This document shows, piece after piece, positions 1 through 13,900 of a stretch of 64,000 nucleotides of DNA. Under the pieces are notes generated by a model, which was not told where the DNA came from, made no database searches, and worked only from the letters and a program-made list of their open reading frames with translations. The position numbers and the translations under genes were made by a program. The stretch's first letter is position 1. Each line of letters begins with the position of its first letter. Source of the DNA: Lingula anatina. Its lineage: Eukaryota; Animalia; Brachiopoda. Location of the stretch: assembly GCA_051362555.1 (NCBI GenBank), contig CM120648.1:18348587-18412586 (forward strand). Reading direction: 5' to 3'.

Positions 1-1280
1 CTGGGGTCATGGGGTGTACTCGACTTCCTGTAAGTATTTAAGTCTGTAACAATTCATTTTTATTTTGTTAGATTGTATAAACATCTTTATTTACCAGTAC
101 TAGTATTGGTAAACAAGGATTTCAAGTGATGGAATTATGGCCTTTATTTCATGAATATATATTAATCATAGCGTTATTTTTAACGTTTCCGTGAACAGAT
201 TAGAGGAACAAACTTTAAAAACAAATGAAAGTACGATGCAGGAAAACCCTGGCTATATAGGCCTATAGTGCCATTGAATTGTAACAATCTGCAGTTAAGG
301 AAGGTAGGCCTACATGAACATACGTACATGTAGATCCGATATTTAAAGAAAAATAAATTTTACAGTCAAAAAGCTAATAAATTAATAAAACGATTATGAA
401 AAGAAATTGAAAATAATATCAGAAATCTTTAATGTGCAGAGATAACAGAAAAAAAAAAAAAAAAAAAACAGAAAAAAAGGGGGGGGGCGAGTCGCACTGA
501 AAATTTAAGGCATATATTGAAGCTTATGCATTAATTTTTTTTTAATGTGCTAATGAATAAACTTTATTTACTTACTCTGAACACCTGCGCTAACCTCCTA
601 ACATTGAGGTCATTGAGTCGAAGGTTAAAGGTTCCCTTCACAGGATGTGTAATGGAATACGTAGCCATGATGACTGTGGTGATTTGCCGCCAGATCTCTA
701 TATATAATATATCACCAAGCCGACTGCACTTCCGTTTTCTCGTTTTTCAGTTTTCATTTTAAAATTGAAAAATGAAAAACGACCCATTATTCAAAATTCG
801 TTTTGCCACGTTGTTGTAAATTCTAACTCATTTTTTCAACATTAAAGATTGAAGCACAGTAGTGAAAAATGATTTAGAACGAAATCAATTTTAGTAATAA
901 ATCAATATATATATAAATACATGTATTATTTCATATTTCCATTTTTAAGCATTTTTAAGATCATAGAAAATCGAACCATTTCTCGTTTTTTCATTTTGAA
1001 TGAAAAAACGAATTTCCAACCCGTTTTCATCGCATTTCCGCTGTTTTCTTGAAATGAAAATGAAAAACGGCCGTTTTTTCATTTTCTGACAAAATGGAAA
1101 TCACTTTGCCCCCCCATACACGGACCGTCTACGTCATCATTTTGTGAATGGGAATACAGCGCACCAAGTAGTATGAAAAATAACTAGTTTTCACACGAAG
1201 CCCTCTTTTGGCAAAATCCCCTAGCCCATCTTAGAATATTACTTCCGACTTTATACGGCAGTGAACGGGGTTAAAATATG

Positions 1281-1590
1281 AATTCGGAGTGAGGTTTACG
1301 AATTCGGAGTGAGCTTTTTCAATTCGGAGTGAGGTTTACGAATTCGGAGTGAGCTTTTTCAATTCGGAGTGAGGTTTACGAATTCGGAGTGGGGTTTACG
1401 AATTCGGAGTGGGGTTTACGAATTCGGAGTGAGGTTTAAGAATTGAGAGTGAAGTTTAAATATTCGGAGTGACGTTTAAGAATTGAGAGTGAAGTTTAAA
1501 TATTCGGAGTGAGGTTTAAGAATTGAGAGTGAAGTTTAAATATTCAGAGTGAGGTTTAGAATTGGGAGTGTCGTTTGGAATTTGGAGTGC
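1281..1590. repeat. 20-bp minisatellite, about 15 units (AATTCGGAGTGAGGTTTACG and variants)
   Basis: Exact 20-nt periodicity from 1281, with alternating unit variants. Confidence 0.95.
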
Positions 1591-2245
1591 ACTTGTGGGC
1601 CACTGTAGCTTTACTTATTAAGAATATTTTATATTTATTTCAAAGGTCAAACCACCTTGCCACACTGGGAGGGTTTTCCTCCAAGGAAATGGTACAGTGT
1701 AGATAGAATCATGTCTACTATTTTTAAAACTAACATATTGCATGCCAGTGTAACTGGATTGGGAAGTGCGGAAAGGTTGCACTAAAAAACCTGGCCTTTA
1801 CAAAAGCAATGGAATGTTTGCATTTCGTAATGATCAAATAATGTTTGCTTAGATATATTTTTACATATTAATTGTATTATAATGATCCTGAAGTAAAGTT
1901 ACAGTTCAAAATGTAAAGGTTGTTTCTTCTGAACAACTTTGCCTTTTTATGCTTTTTACATATATTCTCTTAAGGATAAACGCATATCAACCGATTTCTG
2001 CCCTTTGATGAGACAATTCCGTTTTGTAACTCCTTTTTGAACCATTTTTGTTTACTGTCCAATTTAGCACTGTTAAGATAGGAGGATTAAGTTAAGTTTT
2101 TTTATATTTTCACAGATGCAGGTAGATCGAGAGCTACCGAGGCTGAATAAGACACATGCATCAAATTGTGTCTCAAAAATGCGCATGATAGGGATGGCGG
2201 CAGAAAATTGAGGGAAATCAAAACAAGGAAAAAATGAGGTATATA

Positions 2246-2473
2246 AACACACTGGACAAAAGAAGTGTCACCCCCTGCAGAGTAATGAAAGTTATAATGC
2301 CTGGGTCTACTCTTAATATGACTAATAAGTATAAAACCGCTGTACTATGGAATTGTATTTTTTTTTTTTTTTTTTGTGAATTTTGATGTTTATAAAATGA
2401 TACCAGGAGCATATCATTCCAGAGTCATTTATCTCCCTCAAAGTATTGGTTCACTTCTATTGTCCAGTGTGTG
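2246..2473. mobile_element. Tc1/mariner MITE, deletion derivative of the family at 46791-56296
   Basis: Ends (A)ACACACTGGACAA / TTGTCCAGTGTGTG, TA on both sides; internal sequence matches both ends of the long Tc1 copy. Confidence 0.8.
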
Positions 2474-2877
2474 TAAAGAAAAAAAAAAAAAAAAAATCAC
2501 TGTTAAAGGTGATAACTGTGAAGAGAAATATCAGTTTTACGCATATCTTTTTTATCTGATATAAAATTATTATTTTCCAGTTACCTTTGTAGATCTACGG
2601 TATTTCTTTTGTACGTCTATATGAAAAAAAAAAAATACTTTAACGGATGCAGGTAGATAGAGAGCTACCGAGGCTGAATAAGACACATGCAGTAGGCCTA
2701 TAAAACCGCTGTGCTATGGAATTGTATTTTTTTTTTCTTTTCTTTTGAAGAAGAAATATTAGTTTTACGCATATTTATTTCATATGAAATTAAATAATCA
2801 TTTTATTATTTTTCAGTTACCTTTGTAGGGCATTTCTTTTGCGCGTCTATAGTTTTGCCATGAAAAAAAAAAAAAAT

Positions 2878-2952
2878 ACCGGAAGTCGTGTTGCGCGCAA
2901 AGGATTATGGTCTATATGAATGAGGCGCCATTTTGTTCAACAACCAGGAAGT
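2878..2952 (+). promoter_or_regulatory. Putative core promoter of the NHL-Roc-COR-caspase gene
   Basis: ETS-type ACCGGAAGT (2878-2886), YY1-type CGCCATTTTG (2926-2935) and a second CAGGAAGT, about 200 nt upstream of ATG 3134. Confidence 0.5.
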
Positions 2953-3133
2953 AACAGGACGGAGATTGTGGGATAATGTTGAACATATTTGACAAAGAAA
3001 GAGATATAATCTGACTGACTTGTAGGTATATGGAGCAAGTGTTTATGTTACTGTGATCTCCAAGCTGCAGCACCAGAAGTGAACATAAAGTTTAGCAATC
3101 GCTGACAGAAATATTACAGGATCTACTGTCGGA

Positions 3134-4082
3134 ATGGAAGCCATATTAGGGCAGTCTAGACGAGGTGTAAATCCAAGATCAGGACAGGTGACAGTACAGA
3201 CACAACCTCCATTAGCTGAACAGGAAACAAATACAACGTTAGCTCTACATTCTAATGTTTTCTTAGACAAGGCAGAATGTGTGCGTTCCTTCAGTCCTAA
3301 ACTGGAAGATGATAGAGAAATAACCTACATAACTGGGTTAGCCATAGATAAGGAACACATGTTTGTTGTGGATAATGTAAACAACAGAACAAAAGTATTC
3401 ACACATGAAGGACAATTTAAGTTTGACATTAAAGTAAACAATCCATGTGATGTGGCTGTGTCACAGACTGGTCACCTGTATATAACATCACCAGATGACA
3501 GCTGTGTCCAAGTGTACTCCACCAGAGGTCAGCAGGTGACAACCATGGGTCAGGGTCTACTGAAGTATCCACAGGGTATTACACTGAACAGACAAGGTCA
3601 TGTGATGGTTTGTGACAGTGGGATAAAGAAGTCCATCTTCACATTCCATGCAGACAGTGGACAGCTCCTGAACACTATTCCACTCAGTATGTGTATATAC
3701 CCAGTGTACATCACAGTGAACAGTGTGAATGATAACATTGTGATATCAGACTTGGGCAGTGACCAGTGGGGAAACTGTGTACATGTGCTGTCACCTACTG
3801 GTGATCATCTGTACCAGTATGACGGCAGCAGAGAAGGCAGTGAACTGAGGTTTCCATGTGGAGTGTGCACAGACAGCTATGGTCACATCTTCATTGCTGA
3901 CAATGTTAACAACAGGATAGTGGCACTGAGTCCACAGGGACAGTTTATCAGATACATTGTCACTAAGGATGATGGGTTGAAGTCTCCCTATGCAGTAGTC
4001 ATCAACCCTGCTACTGGTCAGCTGGTGGTGGAAGAGTTTGGCGGCAATGTTAAGACATTCCAGTACATTGACCTGAAACAAG
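3134..4082 (+). CDS. Exon 1: NHL-repeat six-bladed beta-propeller (TRIM-NHL-like, no RING or B-box)
   Basis: NHL repeats such as [35 protein letters not shown] and [18 protein letters not shown]. Ends in consensus donor CAAG|GTGAGT (phase 1); the unspliced ORF stops at 4090. Confidence 0.92.
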
Positions 4083-4912
4083 GTGAGTAACATGTATTAA
4101 CTGTGGATAGATATGTTTATTATGTAAAATATTTGAAAGTTTATTAGTCTTACAATGTTTTATCCATGAATATGTTTGCCTTTATTTCAATAAAAAAAAA
4201 CTTTTAAGCATATTTAAATTCAGTGAGCACACAGCTGTGCTTTAGTAAAAATGTATGTAGAGTGGAGACATTTTCTATAGTTAATACTTTACTGTTACTG
4301 AACAATTTCCATGAACCCATTAGTGATTAGGATTTTGAATAAGGATGAAGAACTCTTTTTAATGGAATTTATAGTATGCTTTATTTGTATTTTTGTTAAG
4401 TCACAAGAAAAACATCTTACATTGTTTAATCCCTGAACTTCTTGTCCATTTGTCAGTAAAGAACAACTCAAATCTCACAACAGAACAGTCCAATTCTTCA
4501 TATTCTTTATCTTGTAGCTGTTCATGAAAGCTTAGATATACCTAAATTCTCAAATGTACTTTGTCAAGTTTCTCGATGTCTTACCACTTCTAGATTCAAA
4601 GACATTTCATCACCAGTTTGTTGTTAACACACACAAATAAATTAAATGTTGAAGTACTTTGGATGATACCTTATTTTCCTGACTTTGTAGATTGTTGTTT
4701 GCAAATAAAACTAGCAGACGACCATTTTTCATGAAATGGAACTACTTTTCACAGGAAGTAGTGTATTCATACACAACAGTGACCTTGGGTTTGGAATACA
4801 AAAAAATAGTACATGCATTCATACTGTCACAGCATGCAAATTATAATGAAATATACAAAACTAAACACATTTTTATGTAACACAAAAAGTTAAATGCATT
4901 TTTATTTATTTA

Positions 4913-4949
<37 letters not shown>

Positions 4950-7900
4950 CTGGATAAAAATGTTGATGAAATGGTTTTGACCACCTTTTTGGACTTTTTA
5001 AACTGCATGCTGATGGACCCACATATTTATGTCAAAGGCCAGGACCAAATCTAGTCCCATGCATAAAAAGCCCAGACCCCATATATTTATTATGCCCTGG
5101 CTGGGCCCATTCTTTATGCTGTTTGTATTGTTAACAGCATAATGGGCAAGTTAATTGACCAAGTTAATTGGCCAAGCTTATTGGCCAAGCTTCCAGTTTG
5201 TTTGTATGGCATGTGCAGGGGATGTCTTAGATCAAGGCGCATATTATGATACCTATAGGTGTGGCAAATGAGATGTGCTTGTATTTCATTACCTGTAATT
5301 TGTAAAATACATCAGAGGATGATACTTTTAAAGCTGTTTAATGTTTATATTTAAAGACATGTGTGTCGTAGATTGATTTAGTAGCATTTACTAAAGAATT
5401 TAAGCACAACATTCGGAGCAGCAAGACATTTACTTTATGTGGACATCAAACAGAGGAGACATGGCAGATGTGTCTGTACATATTTATAACCTGTAAAAAA
5501 AATTGGTGATAATTATTCTGTAATTTATTATGTAATGTTACATCAACAAAAATCTTTTTGTGCTGCTACTACAAACATTATGAAAAGAAAACTTTGTTAC
5601 TTATTATTATTTTTAACTTGCAAGTATGATCTTTAGGATTGGCATGCAGTTCAAATTTATTAGAAAGCCAGCTCAATTGGGTTATCATTTATTATTGAAT
5701 TCATGCAATTTTGTGTGAAATTTTCATTTTTCTCATTCTGGCATTTTCAAAGTGTGAACTCCCATGGGCCTGAAGCCATATTCTTGTTACACATTTTACT
5801 TACATAGGTATTACCTGTTGAGCACAAAAATTTGATGTTGAATTTGCAGTTAAGCATAGTGTACTTTTGCATCAGAATTGACAGTAGCCTATTTTGTGCA
5901 TTGTTATTGTCTGCTTTTTGTCTTTACATTTGACAGCTATGCTGCCTTGTTGTACCACCAGCGTTAGCGCTGGCGGTACACATGGTTTCGGTCCCGACCA
6001 GATCGTTCCGCCGGCTCCGCCGGACGGCTACCGTTACCGCTTCTCCTCCTAGACCATAAGGACCCCCATACCCATCTCTTGGATTTAGGTCACCTATAAT
6101 CTCAACTCGTTCCACGTAAAATTTGGGCTTTGTCGGTATTGGGGTCTGGGTGTGGCACTCATTGCAATGCACCCTTGTCCAAAAATGGCAAAATTAAATG
6201 CTAATTATCTACCCTACGGAAGGGGTTATGGGAAAAATTTCTACAGACGGCTTTCCAAAAGTCATATGTGTAGATTTCAAATATGCCCTTGGATTTGACC
6301 TTTGACCTTTACTTCAAGGTCAAACGGGCCAAAATTTTCAAAAAAATAAAAATTTTTACGAAAAAAATTTTTTTTGCCCTGTTATTCAGACACCACACAG
6401 ACTTAACCAATAATATTATTGGAAAGTGTTACCCTTCAGGTCATCTTTCATCTCCGTGAATTTGGGGTCAATCGGTGCATTTTCACGGGAGTAGCGACCA
6501 TAAGATACCGAAACTGAAAACTGTCTCTAATTCGGGAACCGTTAATGCTAGAGACCCATTCTTTTTTGCATTTTGTAGAGCATGTAAAGCCCAACATTGG
6601 AAGTGGTCTCCGTTTTTTTGTATTCCATACGGTTTTTGAGTTACGCTGTATCAAAAAGTACATATTGGTAGTGAAAGCAAAATGTGCAGTACGGTAATGG
6701 ATAATAAATTTTGAACTCCGGAAAAATAAAACATAAGGCTTGGCAAAGCAGACAACTTGTGGTCAAAAATGACATTATTTCATTAAATTTGAACTTTTGA
6801 TACTTCAGAGCACCTCCCATTTCAAGAATTTTGACCTAAATGACCTTTTCTTTATATTAAAATTTAATTTTTTCTGTAGGAAATTTATGGCACATTATGG
6901 TAACTCCAAAATTACAACATTTAGTCCCTTATATCTCCAAAACTGGCAGAGATATGTCCATAGTTACTATTGAAGTTAAATAGGAAGTCATATACTGGCA
7001 ATCTAAATGTGACCTTAAAATTGACCTTTGACCTACTTTTCACCATGAACTGAACTTGGCAAATTTTGCTTCCCTTTTATCTCCAAAACTGGCAGAGATA
7101 GGTCCATAGTTACTATTGAACTTGAATAGGAAGTCATATACTGGCAATCTAAATGTGACCTTGAAATTGACCTTTGACCTACTTTTTATCATGAATTGAA
7201 CTTTGCAAAATTGCTTCCCTTTTATCTCCAAAACTGGCAGAGATAGGTCCATAGTTGCTATTGAACTTGAAAGGGAAGTAATATCCTGGCAATCTAAATG
7301 TGACCTTGAAATTGACCTTTGACCTACTTTTCACCATGAACTGAACTTTGCAAATTTTGCTGCCCTTTTATCTCCAAAACTGGCAGAGATAGGTCCATAG
7401 TTACTATTGAACTTGAATAGGAAGTCATACACTGGCAATCTGAATGTGACCTTGAAATTGACCTTTGACTTACTTTTCACCATGAACTGAACTTTGCAAA
7501 TTTTGCTGCCCTTTTATCTCCAAAACTGGCAGAGATAGGTCCATAGTTACTATTGAACTTGAATAGGAAGCAATCTGAATGTGACCTTGAAATTGACCTT
7601 TGACCTACTTTTCACCATGAACTGAACTTTGCAAATTTTGCTTCCCTTTTATCTCCAAAACTGGCAGAGATAGGTCCATAGTTACTATTGAAGTTGAATA
7701 GGAAGTCATATACTGGTAATCTTAATGTGACCTTAAAATTGACCTTTGACCTACTTTTTACCATGTACTGAACTTTGCAAATTTTGCTTCCCTTTTATCT
7801 CCAAAACTGGCAGAGATAGGTCCATAGTTACTATTGAAGTTGAATAGGAAGTCATATACTGGCAATCTTACTGTGAAATTAACCTTTCACCTACCTTTTG

Positions 7901-10900
7901 ATGAACTTTTGATATATTTTTATGTACAGACACAGATGTGTCTGTACATATAGCCGTCATCTGCGTCTGTCATCGCCGTCGTCGCTGTCGCCGTCGCCGT
8001 CGCCGTCGCCGTGCACTTTTACCAATAACACGATAAGTGGAAAACTGTTTTTTCTTTTGGCTTGAAACTTACAGAACTAATGAATATTCATAATACGCAG
8101 GTCAAGTTCGAAAATCAGCATGATCGGGTCACTTATAGGGAATTTATGCTGTTTTTTCACTTTTTTCAGCATAAATGAAGCACCGATAACACGATAAGTG
8201 AAAAACTGTTTTACTTTTTGGCTTGAAACTTACAGAACTGATGAATATTCATAATACGCAGGTCAAGTTCGAAAACCAGCGTGATTGGGTCATTTTTAAT
8301 GAATTTAGGCTATTTTTCTCTTTTTTCAGCATAAATGCAGCACCGATAACATGATAAGTGGAAAACCATTTTACTTTTTGGCTTGAAACTTACAGAACTG
8401 ATAAATATTCGTAATACGCAGCTCAAGTTCGAAAATCGGCATGATTGGGTCATTTTTTAGTGAATTTAGGCTATTTTTTCTCTTTTTTCAGCATATATAT
8501 ACAGCACCGATAACACGATAACTGGAAAACCGTTTTGGCTTTTGGCTTGAAACTTAGAGAACTGATAAATATTTATAATACGCAGGTCAAGTTCGAAAAT
8601 CAGCATGATCGGGTGACTTGTAGGGAAGTTATGCTGTTTTTTTTTTTACTTTTTTCAGCATATATGCAGCACCGATAACAAGATAAGTGGAAAACAGCTT
8701 TACTTTTTGGCTTCAAACTTACAAAACTGATGAAGATTCATAATCCGCAGATCAAGTTCAAAAATCAGCATGATCAAGCCATTTTTAGGGGAGTTATGCT
8801 ATTTTTTCACTTTTTTCAACATATATGCAACACTGATAACACTATATAAGAAAAACAGATAGGCCAATTGTCATTATACTTACAGGAGTGGTCAATCTTA
8901 CTAAAATGCAGGTTGAGTTGGAAAATCAGCATAATCTGGCCATTATTTTAGAAGTTATGCTGTTTTTTCACATTTCCTCAGATTCAATTCTTAAGCATGT
9001 TAACAGTCTCATTATTTAACTAATAAGATACGTAACAGTGTTTGTTTGATATTTCCTGCATCTTTACAACATTGTTAGTTGATTATGTAAAAATGATGGT
9101 AAACTTGATATTGTGTATTGTGTAATAAAGTGTCAAAAATGGAAATAAACTCATATCATATCATATTGCAGTTTGTTAGATTCAATCATCAACTATGTTC
9201 AGAATCTCAGAATGGAGGAAATTGGACATTTAACACTGTTCTATTGATATTTTTCCCATCTCATCAATTTTCTTAGTTGGTCATATAAAAATGGAAGTAT
9301 ACTGTTTATTTTGTTTTGTTTAAAAAGTGTTAAAATGGAAATAAACCCATTTCAGAACAGTGCTGTCTTTTTTACAGTTTGGCATTTTTAAGATGTGACT
9401 TTGAAGTTCCATGAGCCTGCAGATCTTTGCTAGTCACATTTTCTGAATATCCATGATACTAATATTTTATGATTAAAAAGTGATGGTCATTATGCTGTAA
9501 AACATTATGTAATATTGCATCAAAATTTGAAGAAACCCCTATATTGGGCACTGCTCCCATGATGACCATTTAAGGAAAGTCATGTCACTTACTGTTCTCA
9601 AACTTACAGGAAAGAAACATGGGACTAAAATACAGCTTCAGTAGGCAATGCAGTCTGTTTGGTAAATTTTTCTGGTAGTTAAGCAGTTTTTTTGTGAAAA
9701 TTTAATTTTTCACATATTGGCATTTTCAATGTATGACTTTGAAGTTCCATGATCCTGAAGACCTTTGCTTGTCACATTTTCTGAATATGCGTTATACTAA
9801 TATTTTATAATTAAAAATTGATGGTCATTGTGCTGTTAAACATTATGTAATGTTGCATCAAAATTTGAAGAAACCCCTGTTTTGGGCACTGCTCCCATGA
9901 TGACCATTTAAGGAAAATCGTGTCAATTACTGTTCTCAAACTTACAGGAAAGAAACATGGGTCTAAAATACAGCTTCAGTAGGCAATGCAGTCTGTTTGG
10001 TTAATTTTTCTGGCAATTAAACAGTTTTTTGTGAAAATGTAATTTTTCACATATTGGCATTTCCAAGGTGTGACTTAGAACCTCCACGGGCTTGAAGACC
10101 CATGCTAGTCACATTTTCTGAAAATTCATGACACTTATATTTTATTATTAAAAATCGATGGTCATTATGCCGTTAAGCATTATGTAATGTTGCATCAAAA
10201 TAGAAGAAAACACAATTTTGGGTGCTGCTGCCTTGATGACCATTATGGGAAAACTGTGTTACTTATGACTGTCAAACTTTCAAAAAAGAAACACAGGACT
10301 AAAATGCAGCCTGAGTTGGAAAAGCAGTCTAATTGGCTTCTTTTTCTGGAAGCTATACATTTTAGTGTAATATTCATTATCTTTTTGGCATATTCATTGT
10401 GGGACTCAGAGCTCCCATGAACATGAAGCCGAATGGTAATCATATTTTCTACATGTCCATCCTATTTATAGTCAATAAACAAAAATTGGTGATAATTATT
10501 CTCTAATTTATTATGTAATGTTACATCAAAATTGACAACAATCTTTTTGCACTGCTACTGCAAACATTATGAAAAGAAAACTGTGCTACTTATTATCATT
10601 TTTAACTTACAAGTACGATTTTTAGGATTGGCCTTCAGCTCATATGAGAAAACCAGCTCTATTGGATTATCATTTTATTGAATTTATGCATTTTTTGTGA
10701 AATTTTCATTTTTCTCATTCTGGCACTTTCTAAGTATAAACTTGAACTCCGATGGGCCTGAAGCCTTATGCTTTTAATTTCGTCTGTGTTACCTGTTGTG
10801 CATAAGTTGATGTTGACTGTGCAGTTAAACATAATGTATTATTGCATCAGGATTGGTAGTCTCCTATTTTGGGCATTATGGTTTTGTGCTTTTCTTAAAG

Positions 10901-13900
10901 TGTGACTTATGGGCCTAAAGACCTTTGAGTGGGTCAGTCTGTAAATTACCCTTGGGTATCACTAGATTAATTTCAGAGTTATAAAGTCATTTGCCTTAAT
11001 AGGCCATTAAATGAGATTACATAAAGCACACTTGTTGATATTTCCCTGTAAACTCCCAAAGGTAAAGCTCTCTGCTAGATTAATAATAAGGAAGCAGTGA
11101 TAATTATGCAGGTAAATTTTGTTTAATATTGCAAATAAGTTTTAAATAATATATATATATATATCAAACTGGAAGATTAAAAGTTTGAATAGCATCTTCA
11201 TTGGAATTAAATTTACCTCAAGCTCTGCCAAGGAGGTCATATTTTCACCCCCATTTGTCTGTCATCCACATAACACAAAAAGTTATGGACTGATTTTGCA
11301 GAAATTTTCAGGAACTGTCGGAAGTGGGCCAAAGGGGACAATGATTAATTTTTGGTGGTGGTCTGGAACAATAATCAATCAATTATCAATAATAATCAAC
11401 AATTGCTGCCTTGGCAGAGGTCTGCACTCTCAAAGTGCTTTTCTAGCTTTGTTATGTTTTCCTTTATAATTTTTTCTCAAACACTTGCATTTGTGACTTT
11501 TAACTCTCATCTGCCTGGGGCTCTGCACATTTTCTGTATTTCCACATAAGCAGTTGTATTGTTTTTTATGTCTTTAAACATGTATTATTATTTTATGCAC
11601 TGTCATCATTTTTCAAATATTGAGAGTTTCATAATGTGAATTTGAACTCTCATGGTCCTGAATCTGTAATTTTATTGAAGGGGTGGACCATCTTCTGGGT
11701 CTTCCTGAAGACAGTCAGGTTATTAAGTTTATATTGACTGGTATGTATTTTTTCTGTTGGAAGACCATCAAAATGGAGGATGGATCAACATAGATACTTT
11801 GGAATACTGTCAGAAAATATCTCTGGGTCCGCTCCTGTTATTGACCATGTTACCTGTTGTGCAAGATTAAAATTCAGTGTTGACTGACAGTGCTATTATA
11901 AGCATTATTTATTATTGCATCAAAATTGACAAAATGACCTTTTTTGCATCTTTATTTTCTGTTTTTTGTCTGTACATTTGACAGCTTTGCTGCCTTGTTT
12001 TGCATATTTTGAAAATTCTTGTTGATTGCATTTTTACAGCTTGTCAAGCAAAAGACTGGTGGCTGTGTCCCTTATTTTGTGTATGTAGGGGTCTATACGA
12101 ATGCGCTTGCTCCAGCTGGTGGTACAATATTCGGAGGCGGTATCACCTCTCTGATCCTCTAGTTTACCCTTATCTTTGGATGCTGTGTTTTCACTCAATG
12201 CACATGTGCCAGTGTATGAATGGATTTGAAGTTAGTCATAATTTCTTGATATTTCCAATTCCTCTTGTTCAACTTCAGGTATTTTCATTGGTGTTTGTAT
12301 TTTGGTCTGTTATTACTTGAGCGTGATGCTGGGAATGATTGACTGATGATGAAGACAAAAGAATGAGTTCGCACACTTTATATGATATCTCTATTGCACT
12401 GTTTATTTTCATACAGCATACTCTAATTATGATTTTACATTAAAGAAGTGCTTTAAATGTCATTCGAACATTGGAATTACTGTAATTTTTTGTTTTTGAT
12501 GTGCAAGAAGTTTGAAAAGCACCAGAAAAATGGGATAGGTATTTTTGTTATAACAACCAACACAATAATTAGCTTCCAAAATTGTAATTCTCTTATTATA
12601 TCTGTCCATAATTGTTTCATTTAAGCTTTCCTACTTGTACATGTCTTGTTCTTCAGACTGCATATTCAGTTGAGATTTTTTACTGAGAATGAAAAAAGTA
12701 TGTCTGTGACCATAATGTAACAACGAACACCAAATTTAGCTTCTACTGGTTGCAAAGAGCAGTGTATGTGTGCACTGTTGTGTCATTGCTTTGTATATTG
12801 GTACAAGATCTAGAAAAAATACATGTGATCTGTTCTCAGACAAACTGTGTAGCTTCCAGGTGTATTTTAGTGCTCATAAGTATGTCCATTCTTAAGATGT
12901 AACAACCAACACCAACATTGTTATTTTCCTGTGTTCATTCACAGTGTATTTCCAACTGATGCTTGTTTTCTGTCAAAAGGGTTGACATAAATTTGAATAC
13001 ATACTAAATGAAAGTCATGTAGGTGTGTTTTCTTGTTTATTTTTTAAAGTTTGAATGTGTGGAAGGGTTGATTGTTACGCCGGACATACCACAACATGCA
13101 AATATTTACAGAAATTATTTCTCATGGCAATTTTTGCATTGTATATCCCCTAAGGATAGCTTTCTTTTCAAATTAAATGTTAAGATTATTCCCAACAATT
13201 ATTTCTTCATTGCACAGGAGCTGTATTTGTATGTCCGGCGTAACAACCAACACCAAGCTGTCTCATCAGCTATTTCTAGCTGCTATATCTCAAAAACCTG
13301 CTGATGAGTTATCTTTTTATATGCAGGGTAACACTCTTAAAACAGCACACTTTCAGTACCACTAGCTGTGACACCTGAAAAAGCATGTCTAGTTTTGGTC
13401 CTTTTAGTTATCTTTTGCCACGACATTTTGTCACATGCTCATATACATATGTTTGTGCCAATTTTTAGAAACTACACCGACCTAACAGGGGGGATTACAT
13501 TTTGGGACTTCATCTGCGGGAGTTTGGGGTCAATTGGTGCATTTTCACAGGAAAAGCAGCCGTTAGATGCCAAAGCTGAAAACTCTCTATTAAACCCGAA
13601 CCCTAAATACAAGAACCTCTTGTTTTTTGCATTACGTAGAGCTTGTCAAGCTCAATTAATACTGGGGTTGGAATCCATTTTTTTTTGTTTGTTTTTGATA
13701 TGTAGGTTAGGAGTTGTGCTATATAAAAAAGTACATTTCAATTTTCAGTAGTGAAGCAAAATGTGAAATACTCAAAAACTGGCAGAGATACACCCATGGT
13801 TACTATTGACCTTGAATAAGAAGTCACATACTGGCAGCCAAACTGTGACCTTGAAATTGACCTTTGACCTACTTTTCATCATGTACTAAGTCTTGCAAAT

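Noticed and set aside
1281-1590. CRISPR-like appearance of the short repeats
   Set aside because: Units are contiguous 20-mers with no unique spacers, there are no cas genes, and the context is eukaryotic
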